From Psilocybe cubensis (Eukaryota): 64,000 bases of DNA. Below are positions 13,601-24,146 of the stretch, in pieces. The DNA is taken from assembly GCA_017499595.2 (NCBI GenBank), contig CM039001.1, positions 3,472,001 to 3,536,000 of the forward strand, in the 5' to 3' direction. The notes beneath the pieces were generated by a model. It worked only from the letters and a program-made list of their open reading frames with translations, had not been told where the DNA came from and ran no database searches. Within the stretch, counting starts at the first letter, position 1. Each line of letters starts with the position of its first letter. Both the position numbers and the translations under genes were made by a program.

Positions 13601-15024
13601 CTTCAATATCCACTACAGTCCTTGTCTTTGTAACATTGATGCCATCGTATAGACGGTTGTTGAAGTGTGCAGAAATCTTGCCACGAGCAATAACCGTACG
13701 GTCAGTGCTGTATACAAGAACAGGAATACCAGGATATATGTTGGATGGGAGGGGCTGTGGAACGTCAAGACTAGAGAGCTTTTCATAGATGCATAAGCAT
13801 GCATAAGCATCACAGGCAGCATATTTAAGCTGTTCTGCTGTGAGTACTTCATTTTGCCATGCATTGCTGATCCGTTCAGGAACGTTCTTCTTCAAGCACT
13901 TGCCTAGCACCTTTGCGCAAAGATCAGCTAAGCTGCATTTTGCGGAAGAAACAACCATTCGATCTTTTGCAAAGCTAGCAAGATCGAGATCGCCAACAAA
14001 CGGCTGTGATGATTGGCATGAACTTTGTAGGTGCTTCAAGTCTGCGGAAATGAGTCGGCCAGCTTTAATAACTTTTGGGTTTGCCAATAAAAGCTTGAGT
14101 TGGGATGGCAATATTCCTCCAGCAAGCATATCGCCAACCTAAACAATTCATATAATTTAACAACATTTCAATAAAGATAGCATAAAGAATATATAGCGTA
14201 CCTGTAGGATATACACCTGATCTTTATAGGCAATTTGAATTATTGCAGTTTGTCCTCGGTTAAGCACATGCCCATTTGATGACACTTCAACGTTCCATTC
14301 CGAATCAAACCCAATGACTATCTTGCTATTGGGATCATTGGGGTCTAAATCATCCATAATTGCGTCCATGGCCGCGTCAATCGAGGAAGCTGTATTTTTG
14401 ACAAAAATTGATACTGAGGATGTGGGAATGTCAAATGCATCAAGATTAGAATACTTCTCGATCGGGACCACAGACTCTCGGAGGGATGGAAAGCAATCTT
14501 CGAGAAACTGTTTGTCCGACATGTTGTCGGTAAAAACAAGTTTGGGTAAGGGAAGACCATATGTTTTCAGGGATTCTTGAATTCCTTGTAGAGCGAGTTG
14601 ATACTGGGAGTGTGATTTTGTGGCAACAAGATTACAAGAGCGGATTTCCCCCTTTTCATTGGTGACAGTAAGCAGAGCAGTAAAAACTGCTTCACCGTTA
14701 ACTTTGGCAACATGTTTAGTCACCTGTAATTGAGTTTTAGCACTTCAGATAAACATTATCAATCATCGAGAAAAGGCACCTTGTGACTGTGGTCAAGCGC
14801 CAGAATTTCACCACCAAGCATTGAAGTATGTTGATTGATATCACTAAAATGTGATTCAATGAATTGATCGTACATATTGCGAATCCACTGTGCACTTGGT
14901 GTAAAGCCATGGCGCCCATCAGGACCCTTGGCGTCAAAAGACGGAAAGGCTGTATACTTTTGAGATGTCCACTTGTCGAGTGTACGTCCAGCAAGCTGAT
15001 TTAAATACTGAAGATGGAGCGTGT

Positions 15025-15474
15025 TGTCAGGGCAACACTATAATCAGTGTGACAAGGCCACCAACAAAGATTAAGCAAGAGAGAGAGAGAGAGAGCAGAG
15101 GGAGAGTAAGAGAGCAAAGAGAGAATAAGAGAGTGAGAGAGATTCAATGGTTCTAAGAGATCACACCAATGATAGTGGATATCCTAAGAGATTGAAGCTG
15201 AAGCTACAGCTACCTACAAGTCCAGTATTTATACTCTACAGCTATTCTAGAATATTCCCTACATTACATCATAAAGGAAGGTTAAAGAATAAAAGTGACA
15301 TCATATAGAAAAAGGATGAGTAAGACTAGGAATCATATAGAATTTACTAGAAAGAAGTGGAGCAAGAAGGCTGTGATGAAAGAAATAAACTATCTAATCA
15401 GATAATTGATAAGATAATGAAAGAATAAGATAATTCTGTGAAGATAAAGAGGGGAAACTGGAGAAACCCTGACA
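15025..15474 (-). repeat. 3' LTR (450 bp)
   Basis: TGTCAGGG...CCCTGACA terminal inverted ends; differs from the other LTR only at 15188 by my reading. Confidence 0.97.
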
Positions 15475-15489
15475 TCACCCCCTCTCTAA
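15475..15489 (-). promoter_or_regulatory. Polypurine tract
   Basis: Minus strand TTAGAGAGGGGGTGA directly before the 3' LTR; it also encodes the last Pol codons. Confidence 0.85.
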
Positions 15490-18400
15490 GGCACATTTTC
15501 CACAATGTGCACATGGATGGGTTAGTTTAGAGGGTTTAAGAAGAGGAGGAGGTTCAGTAAAGTTAATAATAGGAGTGAAAGAAAGTCTATCAAAGGTCAC
15601 AGCAGAAATCCTTCTAGGTGCTGAAGGATGTTTGGCATGGAAGTCCTTGATAGCCTTAGAAGCATTTTTCAAATGCTCTGCAGGCTCCCAAGTGCATTCT
15701 TCATTAGGATAGTTCTTCCACTTGACCAAATATTGAAGTTTGTTTCTAAAAAGTCTGCTGTCCTTGATAAATTCAACTTCCCACTCAGGATTTTCTCCTT
15801 GAATGACAGGAGGTGGTCTAGAAGGAGGCTTTCTTCCTACAATATCTGGGTGATAAGGTAGAAGTTTAACCACATTGAACACTGGATGGATTTTCATGGT
15901 AGATGGCAGCTTAAGCTCATAGGCATTAGGGCTAATAACTTTGGTAATTTTGTAAGGCCCATATCTTTTATCATCCAATTTCTTGGAGGGCCTATCAGTT
16001 TTGAGGTCCTTGCCATCTAACCATACCAAATCCCCAACTTTGTACTGAGTTGGAGTACCTCTGTGTCTATTATAGAATTTAGCCATATCATCAGCAGCTT
16101 TTCTAAGTGCAGACTCTGCTTCTTTCCTGGCTTCTTCCATATTTTTCACAAAGGTATCCACAGTGTCCATTTTACTATCTCTAAGGGGTTCAGTGCCCAT
16201 TCTGGGATGTCTGCCATTATTGAGCATGAATGGTGTCTGCCTGGTTGAAGCCTGAACTCTATTGTTATAAGAGAATTCAGCTAGAGCTAACCATTCAACC
16301 CAATCATCTTGTCTATGGTTTATAAAGAGTCTAAGATACTGCTCAATTTCTTGGTTAACTCTTTCAGTCTGACCATCAGTTTGGGGATGGTAGGCTGTAG
16401 ATGAGGCTGTCTGGATACCAAGTATTGAGTTGAGTTCTTTCATAAACCTTGAGACAAACTGTGGACCTCTATCACACAGAATTTTAATGGGTAAGCCATG
16501 GTGTTTCCAGACATAATCTCTGTATAGTCTGGCTGTCCCTTCAGAAGTGACTTCATCTGTAGTAGGGATAATGTGGATCATTTTACTAAGTCTATCCACA
16601 ACCACCATAATGGCATTATACCCTTGACATTCTGGTAACCCCATAATAAAGTCCACAGAGATGCATTGCCAGACATCAGAGGGAATCTCAGTAGGAATTA
16701 AAAGGCCAAGAGGTTTGGCTGGAAAGATTTTGGTTCTGTTGCATCTATCACAACCTCTGGTATAGGCTGCAATAAAATGTGATATTCCTGGCCACCAATA
16801 ATTCCTAGAGACTAGCTCAATTGTCTTCCATTTCCCTGGATGTCCAGCAATGAAGGCATCATGGTGCAGTTCCACAATCTTTCTTCTAAGATCTTTGTCC
16901 TTGGGAACATACACCTTCCCCCTGTAGAGAATAAGGCCTTGTTCTTCTGACCATTCCTGTCCTTCAATCTTCTTGGTAGAAGATTTCTTGAGCTCCTGAA
17001 CTGCCTTGACCACCTTTTCATCCATCTCCTTAGCTTCTCTAATCTTCTTAAGAAGATCATTTTCTGCACCAGTAATGGTAGCATGACCCTGCTTGAGAGC
17101 CTGGATTTTAAAGTATGAAGGTTTGAGGAGAACTACATTTTGGTTATCATTCTCTCCCTTTTTATGATCTGGTCTCCTAGACAAAGCATCTGGCTTAAGA
17201 GATCTTTTACCAGGCCTATGATGAAGAGTAAAATCAAATCTGGACAGGAAGAGTGACCATCTGGCTTGCCTTCTGCTGAGCTTTTGGGCAACCATAAAGT
17301 ACTCTAAGTTTTTGTGGTCTGTCCAAATCTCAAAGGAATGTTGGGTTCCTTCAAGATAATGTCTCCATTCATCTAGTGCTCTGATAATAGCCAGCATCTC
17401 TTTGTCATGGATCTCATAATTCCTTTCTACTTCAGATAGACTCTTAGACATAAAGGCTACAGGATGCCATTTCCCATCTGATCCTTCCTGAGATAAAACA
17501 GCCCCAGTAGCATAATCTGAACTGTCTGCTTCAACTTTATATGGCTTGTTATCATCAGGGAAAATCAAGACAGGTGAAGAAGTGACTTTCTTCTTTAACT
17601 GGTCAAAGGCTTCCTGCTGTCTAAGACTCCATCTCCAGACTGTTCCTTTCTTTGTCAATTCATGAAGAGGCTTAGCAATGTCTGCAAAATCCTCTATGAA
17701 CCTTCTATAAAAATTAACAAATCCCAAGAATGATTGGACATCCTTGACATTTTCAGGTTCAGGCCATTTAGAAACTCCCTCTACCTTGACAGGATCCATC
17801 TCAATCCTGCCTTGTGAAATGATTAGTCCAAGATATTCAATCTTTTCCTTTTCAAATTCACATTTCTCTGCTTTAAGGTAGAGTTTGTTCTGTTCTAAGA
17901 TTTGCAGAACTTGCTTGACTACCTCTCTATGATGATCAAGAGTCTCAGTGAAAATTAAAATGTCATCCATGTAGACAATGACAACATTTCCATCAATGAG
18001 CTCAATAAAGATATCATTCATCATAGTTTGGAAGGTAGCAGGACTATTGGTTAAACCAAAGAACATGACCAATGGTTCAAACAGCCCTCTATTGGTTCTA
18101 AAGGCTGCTTTCCATTCATCTCCCTTTTTGATTCTGACATTGTTAAATCCCCACCTAACATCAAGTTTGGTAAAGTATTTGGCTTTGCTGAGTTTGGTGA
18201 TGATGTCAGAAATCAATGGAAGGGGGTAGGAGTTCTTGATGGTCATTTCATTCAGTTTCCTATAGTCCTGGACAAGCCTAAGAGATCCATCCTTCTTCTT
18301 GACAAAGAATACAGGGGAGGCCATAGGTGACTTGGAGGGTCTAATCCTGCCAGACTTCAGATTTTCCTCTAAAAAGGCATCAAGTTCCTTTTGTTCATTG

Positions 18401-19344
18401 GGAGAAAGAGGATAAATCTTGGATCTGTAAGATTCAGAACCAGGTTTCAGCTCAATAGCATGATCCCAAGGCTTTCTGTCTGGTAGCCTATCAAAAGATT
18501 CCTTTGAAAAAACACCTTTAAACTGATGATAGTGCTTAGGAACAGTTTCTTCAAAGGTTTTCTTAGGGGAATCAGCTTGCTGATGAGACTCTTCTGCTAA
18601 TCTTTGAGACATAGTAGAAGTAGCATTAATAGACTGCTTCTGAGGATGAAGGTATGAGATAAAAATTCTATCCTCAGGCTCAATCTCAGAATCAGAAGAA
18701 TCTTCAATAGAATCATCTTCTTCTTCATCAAATTGAGGGAGTTTCCTCCTTTTGACTGCAGCTATTCTCTGCCTCTTTCTTCTGGCTCTTTTGGCTTCCA
18801 TTTGGCAGTCAGAGGGACATCTAATAAACTGGACATCCCCTGTCTTCCAATCAACATCTGGATTATGGTGCCAAAGCCAAGTATGTCCAATGATAGCAGA
18901 TTTGTCTCCCAAGTCACAAACAGCAAAGGTGGCCCTTTCTGTATGGTTTTTGTGTACCATAATTAAGTCTACTTCCTCATGGATAGAACCACTCTTGTTG
19001 AGAGTACCATCAACATTATAGACTGGAATGGCTCTAGGAAGTTTCCTTGTGTTGAGATTATGATACTTCACAAAACCAGAATGCAGAAAGAGGCCAGTAG
19101 CTCCAGAATCAAGCAAAGCATCAACAGATAACCTTTTCTCTGTGTCCATTGTCTTTAAGATGACAGACAAATGGGTAGAGGTTTTAGGATTATGGTTGAG
19201 GATGTAGATCTTTTCAGGGAAGGTAGAAAGAGAGGAAGAAGAAGACATGATTTCTGCACCAGAATCTGAAGACTGAGGATCAAGTCTGTCAATTTCATTT
19301 TCTAGTACATTAAATCTATTCCATTGGGACATGTCTTTCACCAA
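15475..19344 (-). CDS. pol: Pol polyprotein: protease, RT, RNase H, integrase, chromodomain
   Basis: LLDSGA, YMDDIL, ADSSDYATGAVL, HH-CC zinc finger, SVDFI..CDRG..TERVN, C-terminal EWEVEFI..YLVKWKNY..TWEP chromodomain; the stop codon abuts the 3' LTR. Confidence 0.97.
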   Translation of the reverse strand: MVKDMSQWNRFNVLENEIDRLDPQSSDSGAEIMSSSSSLSTFPEKIYILNHNPKTSTHLSVILKTMDTEKRLSVDALLDSGATGLFLHSGFVKYHNLNTRKLPRAIPVYNVDGTLNKSGSIHEEVDLIMVHKNHTERATFAVCDLGDKSAIIGHTWLWHHNPDVDWKTGDVQFIRCPSDCQMEAKRARRKRQRIAAVKRRKLPQFDEEEDDSIEDSSDSEIEPEDRIFISYLHPQKQSINATSTMSQRLAEESHQQADSPKKTFEETVPKHYHQFKGVFSKESFDRLPDRKPWDHAIELKPGSESYRSKIYPLSPNEQKELDAFLEENLKSGRIRPSKSPMASPVFFVKKKDGSLRLVQDYRKLNEMTIKNSYPLPLISDIITKLSKAKYFTKLDVRWGFNNVRIKKGDEWKAAFRTNRGLFEPLVMFFGLTNSPATFQTMMNDIFIELIDGNVVIVYMDDILIFTETLDHHREVVKQVLQILEQNKLYLKAEKCEFEKEKIEYLGLIISQGRIEMDPVKVEGVSKWPEPENVKDVQSFLGFVNFYRRFIEDFADIAKPLHELTKKGTVWRWSLRQQEAFDQLKKKVTSSPVLIFPDDNKPYKVEADSSDYATGAVLSQEGSDGKWHPVAFMSKSLSEVERNYEIHDKEMLAIIRALDEWRHYLEGTQHSFEIWTDHKNLEYFMVAQKLSRRQARWSLFLSRFDFTLHHRPGKRSLKPDALSRRPDHKKGENDNQNVVLLKPSYFKIQALKQGHATITGAENDLLKKIREAKEMDEKVVKAVQELKKSSTKKIEGQEWSEEQGLILYRGKVYVPKDKDLRRKIVELHHDAFIAGHPGKWKTIELVSRNYWWPGISHFIAAYTRGCDRCNRTKIFPAKPLGLLIPTEIPSDVWQCISVDFIMGLPECQGYNAIMVVVDRLSKMIHIIPTTDEVTSEGTARLYRDYVWKHHGLPIKILCDRGPQFVSRFMKELNSILGIQTASSTAYHPQTDGQTERVNQEIEQYLRLFINHRQDDWVEWLALAEFSYNNRVQASTRQTPFMLNNGRHPRMGTEPLRDSKMDTVDTFVKNMEEARKEAESALRKAADDMAKFYNRHRGTPTQYKVGDLVWLDGKDLKTDRPSKKLDDKRYGPYKITKVISPNAYELKLPSTMKIHPVFNVVKLLPYHPDIVGRKPPSRPPPVIQGENPEWEVEFIKDSRLFRNKLQYLVKWKNYPNEECTWEPAEHLKNASKAIKDFHAKHPSAPRRISAVTFDRLSFTPIINFTEPPPLLKPSKLTHPCAHCGKCALERG

Positions 19345-19352
19345 TGGTGCTT

Positions 19353-20462
19353 CTAAAAATTTTTCTTTTCCTCATCTTTCTGCTCCTTGCCTTCCAAGAT
19401 TAATTTCCCAAAGTAGTCAGCCAGTTCTTCATGGGTCATAGCATTGATGTTAACTGATGACCTGCAGTTTACAGCCTTATGACCAGGCTTTCTGCACTTG
19501 AAGCAAACAATTGGCCTAACTGACTTCCATCCAGAGTCAACCTCCATGGGAACTACATCTGATTGCTTTGCCTGAGCACCAAAGGTCCTTGAGCTGCTGT
19601 TGGAAAAGACTGGAGGATTTGGAGTAAGCTTAGGAACAGCCTTGGGAGTTGGGGCTTTAAGGAAGGGAGAAGAAGAGGAGGAGGAAAGAGACTTGGTAAA
19701 GGCCTCACTCTGTCTCCACTGCCTATCTAGCCTAGTACTCCATTTAATCCATCCATCCAAGGTTTTGGGCATGTCAGGAACATAGTAGACTGCATTCCTA
19801 AGATTTTCATTAAGCCCAGCCTTGAATTGGTCTACCAAAGCAGCATCATTATACCCAGTATCTGAGATCAGAGCCCTGAAGCTAGCAACATACTCATCAG
19901 CAGTCTGTCTGCCTTGCTTGAGCATGTGCATTTTATGCTTAGCTGTGTTGGAGGGGTCTGGATCTGCAAACACTTCCCTAAATTCATAAACAAAGTCAGC
20001 CCAAAGACCTTCTTGGGACTGAGCATTGTCTATTACTTTAGTCTTCTCATATGCCCACTTCCCAGCAGTACCTCCTTTCATATGAGATAGAGCACAAATA
20101 ACTTTCTGAAAGTCATCTGTAATCCCTTTCCCATAGAAATATAATTTAAGCTGACTGAGGAAGTTTTCTGCCTTTTCCATAGAACCATCAAATGGATCTG
20201 GAGGTGAGACTTTAATGGCAGAGTGTGAACAGGAAGGGGCAACATGAGGGGTAGGGAAAGAGTGAATATCTAGAGCAGCAGGTGGTGGTGGTGGTGGTGG
20301 TGATGGTGACTGACTGACTGGTTGCTGAGGGTGTGGTGGAGTGGATAATGACTGCTGCTGCTGTCTAAGAAAATTCAACTCTTGGGTAAGGAGCTGGACC
20401 TGATGCATGAGCTCTTCCACAGAAGGAGTGGTGGGAGGCAATTGGGAGGGGTCCATGTCCAT
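19353..20462 (-). CDS. gag: Gag with CCHC zinc knuckle
   Basis: PDPFDG, LKQGRQTADEY, VPMEVD, CFKCRKPGHKAVNC. Confidence 0.95.
   Translation of the reverse strand: MDMDPSQLPPTTPSVEELMHQVQLLTQELNFLRQQQQSLSTPPHPQQPVSQSPSPPPPPPPAALDIHSFPTPHVAPSCSHSAIKVSPPDPFDGSMEKAENFLSQLKLYFYGKGITDDFQKVICALSHMKGGTAGKWAYEKTKVIDNAQSQEGLWADFVYEFREVFADPDPSNTAKHKMHMLKQGRQTADEYVASFRALISDTGYNDAALVDQFKAGLNENLRNAVYYVPDMPKTLDGWIKWSTRLDRQWRQSEAFTKSLSSSSSSPFLKAPTPKAVPKLTPNPPVFSNSSSRTFGAQAKQSDVVPMEVDSGWKSVRPIVCFKCRKPGHKAVNCRSSVNINAMTHEELADYFGKLILEGKEQKDEEKKNF
19356..19362 (-). promoter_or_regulatory. -1 ribosomal frameshift slippery heptamer A-AAT-TTT
   Basis: Gag ends AAA AAT TTT TAG; the -1 frame continues TTA GAA GCA CCA TTG GTG AAA GAC ATG into pol. 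Confidence 0.8.
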
Positions 20463-20954
20463 GGGTAGGGGTAGGTAGGCTCTCTGATGTGTGTGTGGGA
20501 GAAGCTATCTACTGAAAGTGCCCTTGAAACTATACTAAGTATTCTAAAAAAAATATCTATCTACTGGATACCCAGTTGTCACACCACTCAGGGCTCTAAA
20601 CCTAGGATCACAGGGTTACTGGATATTTCCTAGACCACCAAAAACAGAACACTAGTAGGACTGTGTCTGCCCCAACAGTTGGTATCCCTATCTACTAAGT
20701 TCACACACAGCACACAACAGAGAGTAGGAAAGATGATGAGCCAAAGGTCTTGAGGAAAGGTCTTGAGGAAAGGTTTTGAGGAGGATGTTGAAGATTGGTG
20801 GAGATGTAGAGATTGGTAAGAAGATTGGTGAAGAGGTTGATGAAGAGGTTGGTGGGTTGGAAGTGGAGGAAGAAGGTTGAGGTGATGGTGTTGAAGAGGT
20901 TGAAGAGGTGAAGAGTTTGGTGTTGAAAGAGAGATGGTGGAGTTGTCTTGAGAG

Positions 20955-20966
20955 AGCTTCAATCTT
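20955..20966 (-). promoter_or_regulatory. Self-priming primer binding site (Tf1/sushi type)
   Basis: Minus strand AAGATTGAAGCT just inside the 5' LTR, complementary to AGCTTCAATCTT at LTR 21131-21142; no TGG tRNA-type PBS. Confidence 0.8.
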
Positions 20967-20967
20967 C

Positions 20968-21417
20968 TGTCAGGGCAACACTATAATCAGTGTGACAAGG
21001 CCACCAACAAAGATTAAGCAAGAGAGAGAGAGAGAGAGCAGAGGGAGAGTAAGAGAGCAAAGAGAGAATAAGAGAGTGAGAGAGATTCAATGGTTCTAAG
21101 AGATCACACCAATGATAGTGGATATCCTAAAAGATTGAAGCTGAAGCTACAGCTACCTACAAGTCCAGTATTTATACTCTACAGCTATTCTAGAATATTC
21201 CCTACATTACATCATAAAGGAAGGTTAAAGAATAAAAGTGACATCATATAGAAAAAGGATGAGTAAGACTAGGAATCATATAGAATTTACTAGAAAGAAG
21301 TGGAGCAAGAAGGCTGTGATGAAAGAAATAAACTATCTAATCAGATAATTGATAAGATAATGAAAGAATAAGATAATTCTGTGAAGATAAAGAGGGGAAA
21401 CTGGAGAAACCCTGACA
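20968..21417 (-). repeat. 5' LTR (450 bp)
   Basis: Direct repeat of 15025-15474; TATAAATA on the minus strand near 21168-21175. Confidence 0.97.
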
Positions 21418-23787
21418 CGTGTCGTACTTCAATAAATGATGAATCCGGATGGTGTCTGATATTTGTTTGGCTGCCATGCCATTTTGAAAGCCAGACCGTA
21501 CAATTTCAAAGAGAGGCTTTGATATCGCACTACGATGACTGAGAATGGCGGGAAATTCTGCTGCAAGATCTTGAGGAAGCATTGAAAGGATTCGACTATC
21601 CCAAGAGTTGAAAGTGACAGTGTGCTTTCCTGATACAGGATGAATGCATACGCCGCACCTATAGCGGAAGCCAATAATGTAGAACTCAGAGTCGATATCG
21701 ACAACCCGACGAGGACGGGAAATATGCCCGTGTCGTCGTAACGGAAACTTGCACTTTGGACAGCCAATTCTAAATAATGCTCGTGGATCCCACAAGCACA
21801 TCCGAGGATTAAAGAGCTTTGATGGCGAGGGTTCATTTTGCAATAATAGAAAGTAGGGGGACGGTTGGGGAAACCAAATTGTACGATGTTTTGCATATAG
21901 CAGGGGGAGGCCATTTTCATCACGATTTTCAGACGACGACTCGGAAATCTTAGAATTGAAGGCTTTTTGAAGCCATGCAGGTGGGGCACAATCTACACAA
22001 GAAGACTCTTGTAACTCGCTGTTTTGATCAAGAGGATCCACCTCGTCACCCCGCTCATCTTCGTTCTGAGCAAACTCAAACTCCTGACCAATTCCCTCGC
22101 CCAAACATTCAAGGTCTACTTCATCCTCATCTTCATCACCCCAATCAACTGCTCTCGAAGGATTTTCTTCAGGTATAATTTGAATGTTTGATGTTGAATG
22201 CTGAGATAGCAAGTTTGGCGGATCGTGTGATGTTGACGAAGGTAGAACAACAGTATGTGGGCTTCTGGTGTGGCCAGTTGTTGGGTTGTCAGAGTCGTTA
22301 GATATGTGCATGTTTGATAGGTCTGATACAGAGAATTCACGTTGAATATTGGCCGGCCGTGTCGCACTCGTATTGCCTGCAATAATCTGTACGTATGCAA
22401 AAGTAAGTGCAAATCTGACATATAGGTGCATATAAAGACAGAAAGTGGCATACCATGCTTCCCAATTCAATTGAAACCGGAGGCACAACTGTTCGCGGCC
22501 GTCCAACAGGCCTCTTTGAAGCCTTTACAACACCTCCATTTGCAACTGCTTCTCGAGCTCGTTGCTTTGGACCTGATCCCCTCGGTCGGCCAACTGGACG
22601 GCGCTCCATTGGGGTCGTCGAATCTGTGTTCCGATTCTTGCTTGTACTCCCTAATGGGCGTCCACGTTTTCGAGGAGGTTCCGAGGCATTGCTGGGCACA
22701 TCAGCATCCGACGATATGTTGTAACACTACGCGCAAGAATTCATTTTTGATGGTCACAAATGTAGAAAAAATTTGATTAGGAATATTGATTAAACGACGG
22801 GCGAAAAAGTGTTCAAAAATTAGTTGTTAAAATTCGAATGTGACAATGAATTTACACGATCAGTGAAAATGACCACATATTTATACTTTTCGATCCGAAC
22901 TAAGTCAATATTTAGTATTAAAAGGCTTAGTTAGGACAATTAGAAATCCACGACCACCGAATATATTATGTGTTGCAATTGTTTCTCGCTTGTGATGAAG
23001 ACAATTGAACATTCAATATAAATTGATTCTTTTGTGATATCTACAAAAACACTCGTAAATTTTAAAGTTATGAACTTCATAAAATAATAAACAAGTACCT
23101 GTCTTGTACTGCGCCTGTACTTAACTCGTACTGGTCCCAAACTGGTCCAATAGTTGTCTACTCTTGAGCCTTTCGCCGACTGATCCCACGTGATGTCCGG
23201 CTATCGATCCCCGCCATCCGTCGGCTGGATTAGGACCCCTTAACCTACCTAAAGAAGTCCCAACCGGTCAGATATCCGCCCTTCCAGATATCCCCCCGAC
23301 CGTCCAGAACCTTCTCATTTGGATTTCGAGATATCTATCCGTGCGACCAGCCACCAGCGATATCACTGCGATATATCGTACGTGATTATCTACTGACGTA
23401 ATCCATGGAATTAGACTGATGATCCAATCTAATCGTATGTTGGTATGGTCACTTAAGCTATGTAGTTTGTAGTTTGAACGGAAATTGGGTCTGCAATTGA
23501 TATGTTGGTATGTCACTAGAGTAATTTATTTTTCCGAGCTCGTCCGAGTGCGACAAACAAATTAGTTACAAGTCTTTTGTAAGTATGCTGGAACAATTCA
23601 CCGAAATGCCCACTTGAGCCTTCATCCCGATGATACTAACGCCACAACGTCGTTTTCGTCACCACCTTCATTTACTGAGGCTTCGTGTTTGTCGGCCATC
23701 GGTCCAGGGTTGTACAAGTTACATAGCGTGAAGGCGGCCATTGCCCCCGGTCATTCAGCCATGGGTCTACGCAGTCAGTTTTTTTAA

Positions 23788-23888
23788 CTGGATTATCTAA
23801 ACCTCCATATGTGGTACTGATGTGTTCGCGCTCATTCGCATCTGGATTAGCTAAACTTCCATATGTGGTACTGATGTGTTCGCGCTCA
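23788..23888 (+). repeat. ~54-bp tandem duplication with a partial third copy downstream
   Basis: CTGGATTA(T/G)CTAAAC(C/T)TCCATATGTGGTACTGATGTGTTCGCGCTCA twice. Confidence 0.85.
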
Positions 23889-24146
23889 GTCGCGTTGCTC
23901 TGTGTGACCGGATTTAGTAATGAATTATCTAAACTTCCGTTTATGGTAGTCGTGGTGGCCGACGTTCAGTCGCGCTGTTCTGTGTGGCCGCGTTAGGTAT
24001 TCCATCAATAGTTAATCAGACAGGAGCATGAGTCAATGAATTTAAGGCGAAAAATACCAATAATTCGATTAAATCTCTCGTTCTTCATCCTCGTTATCGT
24101 CTTTACTCTTCGTTCTTCAATTCGTTCTTCGAGTCGCGGTTACAAC

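Larger units (their letters stand above)
15025..21417 (-). mobile_element. Full-length Ty3/Gypsy LTR retrotransposon (chromovirus)
   Basis: 450-bp LTRs with TG..CA ends, 5-bp TSD CGTGT (15020-15024 and 21418-21422), intact gag and pol, PPT next to the 3' LTR. Confidence 0.98.
11303..22699 (-). mobile_element. Dada-superfamily DNA transposon: transposase with inserted DEDDy 3'-5' exonuclease; disrupted; termini not determined
   Basis: N-terminal GRP AT-hooks; CPKC..RYRCGVC zinc region; catalytic LALDHSHK (D), VFTDN (D), VIKDIFH (DxxH), RGTNMTEGG (E); exonuclease FDSEW / SADL / YAACD between the second D and DxxH; C-terminal Cys cluster. Removing the Gypsy plus one TSD restores KYDT|LHLQYL in frame; in-frame TGA at 13497-13499. 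Confidence 0.82.

Noticed and set aside
20630-20962. 110-aa ORF upstream of gag
   Set aside because: Low-complexity 5' UTR repeats with a non-ATG start; no protein-like signal
15025-21417. RIP-like damage of this copy as the cause of CpG absence
   Set aside because: ORFs are uninterrupted and the LTRs nearly identical, so the loss predates this insertion
10761-23195. CACGTGAT on both sides of the Dada gene (10761 and 23187) as a possible TSD
   Set aside because: CACGTG is a common promoter motif, and no terminal repeats or second copy support these ends
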